Sequence record: NC_071007.1
Direction: 5' to 3' (one strand)
Length of the DNA stretch: 64,000 bases
Below are positions 57,853 to 64,000 of the stretch, in pieces. Numbering within the stretch: position 1 is the stretch's first letter; the number at the start of each line of letters is the position of its first letter. The translations under genes were made by a program, and so were the position numbers. The notes beneath the pieces were generated by a model. That model was given only the letters and a program-made list of their open reading frames with translations. It did no database searches and was not told the origin of the DNA.

Positions 57853-59571
57853 ATGCAAAAGAAATTAGTAGCTCGTGTTTGTAAACACGCTTATCTATCG
57901 TTTTATAAATACAATAAAGAAAAAGATCTTCTTACAGCAAAGATTACAAATATCTTTGATGATGGTTCAAGAGAAAGTCAATTAGTTCATATTGAAGATT
58001 ATAAGCGTGACTTCTATATTGTCAAAAAGAAATACAGAACATTTAAAGATTCACGCGACTATATTGAATTGAACAAATGCGATAAATTCCAATCTAACGA
58101 GGGGCGTTTAGCGACTAATATTTCTAAAGTTCTTTTTGGTAGACCTGATCGTCAATCTGATTTAAATGAACTTAAGAATAATCCTTTTATTTTTGGTTGT
58201 CAGGAAACCGTCCCTGTTGTTTTTAAACAACGGTTCTATGACAAATACCCTGACCATCAACCACAAGAAGCCTATAGTGTTGCAGCGTATGACGTTGAAA
58301 CATTTATTTTGCCAGATGGTTCCGTTGGACCTGTGTGTATGGCTTCCACCACATCCGAGAATCGCGTATATTGGTCTGGGTTACGCTCTATCTTTAAAGG
58401 CGAATCTGATCACGTTATCATTAAGAAATTAAATGAGTACGCTGATAAGTACCTTAAAGAGTACATGGAAAAACACAATGTTGTTATTCATTTCCAATTA
58501 GAAGATACTCCCGGAAAGGTTGTCTATAACAATATTCAGTTCTGGCATGAATTAGGTCCTGACTACGTTGTTTCTTGGAACGCTAACTTTGATATGGAAG
58601 CAAACCAAAGAGAACTGAAAAATGAAGGGTTTGATTTAGCAAGAACGTATTCCGATCCTAATACACCAAATGGTTATCAGGATTATTTTTATTATCCAGG
58701 TCGTGAATTTAAAACTAAAGTTGATGGGACTAAAACACCCCTTGATAACCATGAACGGTTTCCTGTTGTTAAAGCACCTGCTAAATGGCAGTGGTTTGAT
58801 GGCATGTCATTTTACGCTATTAAACGTGCACCGCAAGGAAAGAAAGAGTCGTATTCACTTCAAGCTACTGCTCAGCATGAGAAAGTGCTCTCAAAGCTTT
58901 ATACAGACGTTGGGAACCATTTACAAGAAGGTTCTGCTGAATGGCATAAATGGATGTTGGAAAACGAACCTTATTTGTATTCCATGTACAACATTCAAGA
59001 TAACTGGGTTATTGAAGATATTAATCGGGCAACTAATGATTATTCAATGTCACTTCCGTCATTGTTGACTTCTTCTGAACTAAACTCGTACCAATCTCAA
59101 CCAAGCATGATTTCGGATATGCTTTCTTTTATTGCATTGAAGAATGGTTATGTTTGGGGGACAGTAGGTCGTCGTAAAGAAGATCCTTTTAAAGAAATGA
59201 AACCAGACCTTCGTGATTGGATCGCCCTGCTTCATGCAGAGATGAATGAAGAGAATGGTAAGAAACTTTATGAAGGATTAAATAACTGGGGTTCTAAAGC
59301 CCATGGTTACACTGATGACATTGACGTTAGTTCAGCGTATCCTTCTGTAACTGTTAGTTTGAACGTTAGTAACAAAACAACCAAGCTAGAGGTATGTAAG
59401 ATAGAAGGGATTGATCGCATTGAATATAGACGACTTGGGGTAAACTACGCAAGTAGTCCATTAGCTAATGCAGTTACCTTGGCGTCTACTATTTATGGGA
59501 TGCCTTCATTGATTGAAATTAATAACTTCTATACGACTAAAGTTAAAGCCTTTATTGAAGAACAAAATTAA
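57853..59571 (+). CDS. Split family B DNA polymerase, exonuclease plus motif A part (phiKZ gp82-like), 572 aa
   Basis: ExoI AYDVETF, ExoII SWNANFD, ExoIII YNIQD, motif A DIDVSSAYPS; ends ~75 aa later without motifs B and C. Confidence 0.85.
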   Translation: MQKKLVARVCKHAYLSFYKYNKEKDLLTAKITNIFDDGSRESQLVHIEDYKRDFYIVKKKYRTFKDSRDYIELNKCDKFQSNEGRLATNISKVLFGRPDRQSDLNELKNNPFIFGCQETVPVVFKQRFYDKYPDHQPQEAYSVAAYDVETFILPDGSVGPVCMASTTSENRVYWSGLRSIFKGESDHVIIKKLNEYADKYLKEYMEKHNVVIHFQLEDTPGKVVYNNIQFWHELGPDYVVSWNANFDMEANQRELKNEGFDLARTYSDPNTPNGYQDYFYYPGREFKTKVDGTKTPLDNHERFPVVKAPAKWQWFDGMSFYAIKRAPQGKKESYSLQATAQHEKVLSKLYTDVGNHLQEGSAEWHKWMLENEPYLYSMYNIQDNWVIEDINRATNDYSMSLPSLLTSSELNSYQSQPSMISDMLSFIALKNGYVWGTVGRRKEDPFKEMKPDLRDWIALLHAEMNEENGKKLYEGLNNWGSKAHGYTDDIDVSSAYPSVTVSLNVSNKTTKLEVCKIEGIDRIEYRRLGVNYASSPLANAVTLASTIYGMPSLIEINNFYTTKVKAFIEEQN

Positions 59572-59586
59572 TTTTTTAGCCTTAAT

Positions 59587-59619
59587 ATTCCTACCTACTC
59601 CAATGGAGTAGGTAGGAAT
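59587..59619. terminator. Bidirectional hairpin (15-bp stem), near-identical to 32504..32535
   Basis: ATTCCTACCTACTCC-AAT-GGAGTAGGTAGGAAT between convergent genes. Confidence 0.75.
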
Positions 59620-59684
59620 TTATATTATATTTTTGTCAACATCCATAAAGATTGGACCACGACATTATGGGTTAAAAATATTAT

Positions 59685-60692
59685 TTATTTAAAACTAGCG
59701 ACATTGTCATCTAACATAAGCTTATCAAATTCAGCAAGTATTTGTTTACTATTATTATCATTACCAGAAATATTTGCCTCCATTTTGACACAAACATCAG
59801 CAATGTTAAAAATATATTTCTCGCAATCTTTACTGAGTTTTACCAACTTGGCAATAGATTTCCCAAGTTGGATAGTGTAAGTTTCAAGACGTTCGTGTTG
59901 CTTAGTAAGGTTTTCATCTTTCCCAACAAACTGTTTATTCCTGTTCAAAGCTTGGGTTGCAATTTCAAGATCAGCAGTCATAGTCGCAATTAGCTTCTTT
60001 GCTTCTGTACGAACAGAAGCAATAATATTGGCCATTGATTGTCCGTCTTCGACTGCCTTAAAAAGAGCAAGTATTGAACCGTCCTGAGTTCTACCATTTT
60101 CATGGTCTTTGATCATTTTAGTCAGTTTTTCAAGTTCTGCACGAAGCTTGGTCCCGTTATAACCTTCAGCATTACCAAGTGTAGTAATAGAAAGACCTGT
60201 TAGGTCAAGTTTTCTATAGGACGCCGACATAGTCTCTGTCATTACATCCCAGAATTCATTGTAACTTGCAAAACGCACGCTTCCATATTTCCCAGAAAGA
60301 ATACTTTCCAGTTTTGCTTTGGATGCGGTCGCTTCTTCCAATAACTTTTCTAGTTTATGATTTGGAGCGGCCTTGATTACAAATGTCGATTTGGGAATTT
60401 GTTCAATCACTTTTGAAAGACTTGTGTCACTTTTACCAGAACGACTGCCAAAAAAGAATTCCTTAATCGCCCGTAAGAAATTCATGATCATTTCGAGTAT
60501 TTTCTTACCTCCAGCTTTAATAGCGGTACCAAACCCTTCTTGACCAGAGATCGCTCCCATATCTACGCCATTGAGCTTCAGTACAGTTTGAGCGTAGATA
60601 CCATCAGGGGTTTTAAAATCTTTATTAGCAATAGATTCAAATCCAGAAAGTACACTAAAGACATGATCCATTTGTTCAATATTAACGTTCAT
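59685..60692 (-). CDS. Internal head protein paralog (335 aa)
   Basis: MNVNIEQMDHVF...GFES...GQEG...AIKEFFFG leader; similarity to 42526..43533 continues patchily through the body (VRFASY/VRFAPY, AVEDGQ/SVENGN, YTIQLGK/YTQALGK). Confidence 0.75.
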   Translation of the reverse strand: MNVNIEQMDHVFSVLSGFESIANKDFKTPDGIYAQTVLKLNGVDMGAISGQEGFGTAIKAGGKKILEMIMNFLRAIKEFFFGSRSGKSDTSLSKVIEQIPKSTFVIKAAPNHKLEKLLEEATASKAKLESILSGKYGSVRFASYNEFWDVMTETMSASYRKLDLTGLSITTLGNAEGYNGTKLRAELEKLTKMIKDHENGRTQDGSILALFKAVEDGQSMANIIASVRTEAKKLIATMTADLEIATQALNRNKQFVGKDENLTKQHERLETYTIQLGKSIAKLVKLSKDCEKYIFNIADVCVKMEANISGNDNNSKQILAEFDKLMLDDNVASFK

Positions 60693-60760
60693 ATTAAAAT
60701 CCTTTAAAATAAAAATACCCAGTATAGCAAAATATTAAGCAAACAAAAAATATTATAACC

Positions 60761-60790
60761 CTCCCATTTCCTAGTGTTAGGAAATGGGAG
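60761..60790. terminator. Intergenic hairpin (13-bp stem)
   Basis: CTCCCATTTCCTA-GTGT-TAGGAAATGGGAG. Confidence 0.7.
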
Positions 60791-60796
60791 ATAAAA

Positions 60797-61180
60797 CTAT
60801 GCATTCAATTGGTAATTATCTTCCATTTCTTGTTTTTGAGGATCAACAAGATTTAGAAAATATTCTTCTTTGATTTTCTTTAAACTAGCTAAAGGGGAAT
60901 TCAATGTAAAGAATTCTGGATACGGGACAATATCAGATTCAACATCAAATCCAGGAATAAATAATTTATTTTTAGGTGTAATGTAAATGAATATTAAACT
61001 GTCGCTTAATGATCGTACTGCGTGTTTAGTCCCTGTTGGAATTGTATCTTTATTAAAATCAGAAATATGACAACGATAACCTACCAGCTTTGGCAATATT
61101 AATTGAACTGTATTCTTTTCACAGAAAAAAGATCCAATATAATTATTGTCTTTTAAAACAATTAATTCTGAAATTAACAT
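60797..61180 (-). CDS. Hypothetical protein (~127 aa)
   Basis: GGAG SD before MLISEL at 61180. Confidence 0.55.
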   Translation of the reverse strand: MLISELIVLKDNNYIGSFFCEKNTVQLILPKLVGYRCHISDFNKDTIPTGTKHAVRSLSDSLIFIYITPKNKLFIPGFDVESDIVPYPEFFTLNSPLASLKKIKEEYFLNLVDPQKQEMEDNYQLNA

Positions 61181-61190
61181 AATAACTCCA

Positions 61191-61769
61191 TCAATTTGCA
61201 ATCCGGTCAATATAACGTTTCATAATCTGATTTGTTGTTTCCAACATTTCATTTTTGAATTGATTCAACAAATCTTGTACTTCTTGATTAGTGTAGGTTT
61301 CTTTATGGAGTGACCATTGATTGATGTGGGTCTTTGGCTTAAGCAGCTCTGTGTGTAATTTAACTTCCCCGATAGGGCTGAAAGAATGATAAAGGGTTTC
61401 TAAAGCAGTCAAAACAGAATTGAATTCATTATCCCTTCCTACGACAACATAATCTTCCTCGTTAGTTAAAGGAAACTCTTTAAATTCCGACATTTGTTTA
61501 AAAGTCTTTTCAATACTAATAAAGATATAATTTTTATTTGCAGTTTTTATAATATTGAGATAACATAGATTTTTACTATTGAACCGGTTTTTAACCGCAG
61601 TAAGATTATCTAATCTATTTTTCCATCTACTAGATTCTTTTCCGGATACTTCTAGTGGATTAATACCCTTGTCCCAGCTCAAATAGATATACCCACTGGT
61701 GTTATAGACAAAATCCGTAAAACCACCATTACTGAATCGATTCAAGATAACGTTATCATTAATAGACAT
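61191..61769 (-). CDS. Hypothetical protein (192 aa), possibly early
   Basis: AAGGA SD; early-promoter-like motif at 61799-61816. Confidence 0.6.
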   Translation of the reverse strand: MSINDNVILNRFSNGGFTDFVYNTSGYIYLSWDKGINPLEVSGKESSRWKNRLDNLTAVKNRFNSKNLCYLNIIKTANKNYIFISIEKTFKQMSEFKEFPLTNEEDYVVVGRDNEFNSVLTALETLYHSFSPIGEVKLHTELLKPKTHINQWSLHKETYTNQEVQDLLNQFKNEMLETTNQIMKRYIDRIAN

Positions 61770-61798
61770 GTTTGTTTCCTTTTGTCGGTTACATATAA

Positions 61799-61816
61799 AT
61801 AATATCGGTTTATAAA
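61799..61816 (-). promoter_or_regulatory. Early-promoter-like motif
   Basis: TTTATAAACC-GATATTAT shares AAACC and ATATTA with the 22464 motif; lies just downstream of a hairpin. Confidence 0.5.
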
Positions 61817-61829
61817 AATATAGATAAAA

Positions 61830-61864
61830 TTAACTCTTACCTCCAAATTGGAGGTAAGAGTTAA
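61830..61864. terminator. Intergenic hairpin (15-bp stem)
   Basis: TTAACTCTTACCTCC-AAATT-GGAGGTAAGAGTTAA. Confidence 0.75.
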
Positions 61865-61875
61865 ATAAAGTATTA

Positions 61876-62421
61876 TTAACGATATGCGTAGTTGTTCAAA
61901 GTCTGAGCTGCGTTTGCCGGGAACATATGAACAAGTTTTGCGACATCAAAACCATTAATGAATTGGTCGCGCACTTTGATGTTAGCGGAAAGCATTACCA
62001 TGAACAACATGAATTTCTTGTAACGATCGATATCCATGGCAGGAGCAAGTTTTTGCTTTTCAATTTCATAAAGAGGGGCGTACAAACTGTTTTGACCAAA
62101 TACAGGTTTGTTTTCTGCGATTTTAACTACCCAGTGGTCAAGTACTTCATGTGCTTGATTTCCATCAATTTGAAGAAGATTAACAATGTCCTTCATAAAG
62201 GCAATTTGGAAATCAGTTCGTTCTTCTGGAGAACTGTTTTTATATTCTCCTTTAAGGAACAGAATAAACTTATCAAAACCATTCTTATAAATGGTTGCCG
62301 GAGTTGTAGGAATGACTTCAGTAGGAACACCCAGAGCGGTATCCATCCCCTTTACTTTATCAGTTTGTTCTTCAACAACGTTACTGCGGGTTTCAACAAC
62401 AGGCGGTTTTAACGTTTTCAT
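61876..62421 (-). CDS. Conserved hypothetical protein (181 aa)
   Basis: AAGGA SD; start abuts the upstream stop (TAAATG). Confidence 0.6.
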   Translation of the reverse strand: MKTLKPPVVETRSNVVEEQTDKVKGMDTALGVPTEVIPTTPATIYKNGFDKFILFLKGEYKNSSPEERTDFQIAFMKDIVNLLQIDGNQAHEVLDHWVVKIAENKPVFGQNSLYAPLYEIEKQKLAPAMDIDRYKKFMLFMVMLSANIKVRDQFINGFDVAKLVHMFPANAAQTLNNYAYR

Positions 62422-62808
62422 TTACATGTTATCCTTAATGTGTTTTTCCAACATTTTTGTTGGATCTAAATTACCCATTTTGTTTTTAGCGGCACGCTGC
62501 GCTTGTTCTTTGGCTTTACGTTTACCTACCGCTACACCTTCCAAAAGATCATCAATCAAATTGACAGGAGAATCCATGTAATCTTTCAAAGGTATTAATG
62601 TGTCGTATTCACGAAGCCCAAATGTTTCACCGATACTTTTAATTGAAAATATATGGAAAAAATCTCTACGTTGATGATTATACACTAACGTATTCGCCAT
62701 TGTTTCTTTTTCATTAACCCATCCGTATGACATGCAATATGCACGATGTTCGGAAAACAACGTCTCCAAGCTAGAGACGTTGTCTTTTCTATAGGTATTG
62801 TAAAGCAA
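62422..62808 (-). CDS. Reading frame lacking a credible start; probable -1 frameshift extension (T-like segment) of the upstream gene
   Basis: Frame is open from 62949 to the stop at 62422; the track's TTG start has no SD; C-terminal IPLKDYMDSPVNLIDDLLE resembles GT-extension motifs of tail assembly chaperones. Confidence 0.55.
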   Translation of the reverse strand: MLYNTYRKDNVSSLETLFSEHRAYCMSYGWVNEKETMANTLVYNHQRRDFFHIFSIKSIGETFGLREYDTLIPLKDYMDSPVNLIDDLLEGVAVGKRKAKEQAQRAAKNKMGNLDPTKMLEKHIKDNM

Positions 62809-62861
62809 CTTATTGGCTGATTCTAACCATCGTTTTCCACTACCGGTGTGGTCGGGATAAC

Positions 62862-64000
62862 TTAAGAAAGAATTTCCTCTTGTAAAGCTCCGATCTCCCG
62901 ACGAAGTGCTATCAACATCCGGGCCTGGTCGAAAAAATTCAATATTGGATCAATTGGTGTAAATCCAGCACGAATTTCTTTTTGAGGATGATGTTGTTTG
63001 CATTTTGGACATTGATCGTCGGCAATACCAACAAAGGTATAAGAGAAACGAGGAATAACTTTTAGCACTTTAGTAAGTGCCTCGGTGTAGAACTCTTCAT
63101 CCTCATTGAACATATCAATGAGACCTTGGTTAAACTCACCAGGGTCTTCTGACCGAAGAATTACTTCATCTTTCTCATCGGGGTTAAGAGGATCTGCTTT
63201 ATTTGTCATTGATTTAAAATATTGCAGATAATCGATCATTCGCAAAGAACTAATGAGTTCTTTTCTCTTTTCGCTAAATTCGTTGGCATTTGGGAATTGA
63301 GATGCTAGTTCTCGAATTTCTTTATTAACCAGATTAGCTGCGTGATCGAAACAAGTGAAATATTCAGACAAATAAGGACTGTCAATATCAAGTACAATAT
63401 CGCCAGTTGGGCTGACCACTTTGGAATCAATATCTGTCATATCGACATCACGATAAGGAACTGTACTTTTCCACAACTCTTCACGGGTATATTTTTTACC
63501 AGTGTTAATTGTTTCAAGCATTTGATTCCAATATGCTTCAGGATACCGGATATCATCAAAAACAACCAGCTCAGCGGGGTCAACCAAAATGTTCCGAGAG
63601 TCTTGGCAACTTTCCGCAAGACAGGTAAGACGATAAGAAACGCCCTTAGGTGCTGCAATAGCCAAAATAGCAGTGGCAATAATATCAGCATCTTCACGCT
63701 TAATAACGGTCAGCAGTTCTTCTGATTCGACAATATCACTAACTGACCAATAAGTGCAACGGCTCAGTACCCAATTCATGATGGTTCTGATAATCAATGC
63801 GCGTTCCAAATGTAAACTTGAAATACGAATTCGACCACCAAACTGAGTACGTTGTAGCGATACAGAAATATTATTAATTAGACTAGCCAATTCCCATGGA
63901 GTAGGAACTTTAACCCGAAGTAAAATTCGAGAGTTCATCAGAGTGATAATAAATTCATCTGCCGATGACGATGCTTTCAAAAGACTACGCCGCATTCGAT
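62862..64000 (-). CDS. Tail/baseplate assembly chaperone-like protein, probably 5'-truncated at the window edge
   Basis: Frame is open to the window end; CLAESC and CPKC Cys pairs with a D-x2-I-L-x-x-I segment, as in T4 gp26-like/G-type chaperones (inference). Confidence 0.55.
   Translation of the reverse strand, partial: RMRRSLLKASSSADEFIITLMNSRILLRVKVPTPWELASLINNISVSLQRTQFGGRIRISSLHLERALIIRTIMNWVLSRCTYWSVSDIVESEELLTVIKREDADIIATAILAIAAPKGVSYRLTCLAESCQDSRNILVDPAELVVFDDIRYPEAYWNQMLETINTGKKYTREELWKSTVPYRDVDMTDIDSKVVSPTGDIVLDIDSPYLSEYFTCFDHAANLVNKEIRELASQFPNANEFSEKRKELISSLRMIDYLQYFKSMTNKADPLNPDEKDEVILRSEDPGEFNQGLIDMFNEDEEFYTEALTKVLKVIPRFSYTFVGIADDQCPKCKQHHPQKEIRAGFTPIDPILNFFDQARMLIALRREIGALQEEILS
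62931..62937 (-). promoter_or_regulatory. Candidate -1 ribosomal slippery site U UUU UUC
   Basis: In the 0 frame AAU UUU UUC, heptamer in X XXY YYZ phase; -1 frame opens four codons earlier; possible hairpin at 62897-62923, 7 nt downstream. Confidence 0.55.

Noticed and set aside
25135-59571. Introns, inteins or homing endonucleases in RNAP, helicase or polymerase genes
   Set aside because: ORF lengths fit uninterrupted proteins; no intein splice-junction, LAGLIDADG or HNH motifs recognised.
59624-59639. Perfect TTGACA and TATAAT hexamers on the minus strand
   Set aside because: Only 4 nt apart; a sigma70 promoter needs about 17.
11628-61210. Track start positions 11628, 12817, 18922, 43587, 47198, 47736, 56001 and 61210
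   Set aside because: Each extends into a neighbouring gene or hairpin; downstream ATGs (11679, 12913, 18952, 43533, 47186, 47703, 55980, 61180) have SD sequences or coupling overlaps, and 43533 matches its paralog start.
3230-61864. Palindromic repeats as a CRISPR array or transposon ends
   Set aside because: Single dispersed copies at gene junctions, no regular repeat-spacer period, no cas or transposase genes, no target-site duplications seen.
62757-62783. 10-bp inverted repeat ACAACGTCTC-N7-GAGACGTTGT inside the 62422 frame
   Set aside because: About 150 nt from the slippery site, too far to be a frameshift stimulator; no U-tract; may be chance.
1-64000. Stop-codon reassignment or alternative genetic code
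   Set aside because: Standard code gives near-complete coding density with full-length conserved proteins; TAA, TAG and TGA all end genes.
1-64000. tRNA or rRNA genes
   Set aside because: Intergenic spaces are short and occupied by hairpins; no cloverleaf or T-loop GTTCRA context was found by eye. tRNAscan-SE would confirm.

Overview
AT-rich segment of a phiKZ-like (nucleus-forming, Chimalliviridae-type) jumbo myophage genome, covering most of the virion morphogenesis core. Left to right: three tandem giant tail-fibre-like genes (the leftmost, >1070 aa, runs off the window edge and is missing from the ORF track), an overlapping i-spanin/o-spanin pair, a 4-TM membrane protein, a RuvC-like resolvase, portal, a non-virion RNA polymerase beta-like subunit, major capsid protein, DnaB-like helicase, neck/baseplate-type genes, a large family of internal head proteins with G-x-E prohead-protease-type sites, a gp6-like baseplate wedge, a HExxH metalloprotease-like protein, the exonuclease/motif-A half of a split family B DNA polymerase, and a truncated tail-assembly-chaperone-like gene. 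Sixteen long intergenic hairpins punctuate the region. No tRNA, rRNA, CRISPR array, intron, intein or transposase was recognised. Best leads: (1) a candidate -1 programmed frameshift (U UUU UUC plus hairpin) creating a G/GT-type chaperone pair at 62.4-64 kb; (2) a 28-aa R-x-ILD-x3-NN-x-WPR-x-DG-x-TD-Pro-rich motif present three times at module boundaries of two adjacent fibre genes; (3) dispersed head-protein paralogs sharing an ~85-aa N-terminal leader fused to unrelated C-termini, next to near-identical hairpins; (4) hairpin plus early-promoter modules, one driving a codon-optimised glycine-zipper membrane protein and one possibly driving an ~70-nt small RNA. All phiKZ gp-number comparisons come from recalled gene order and motifs, not from database searches.
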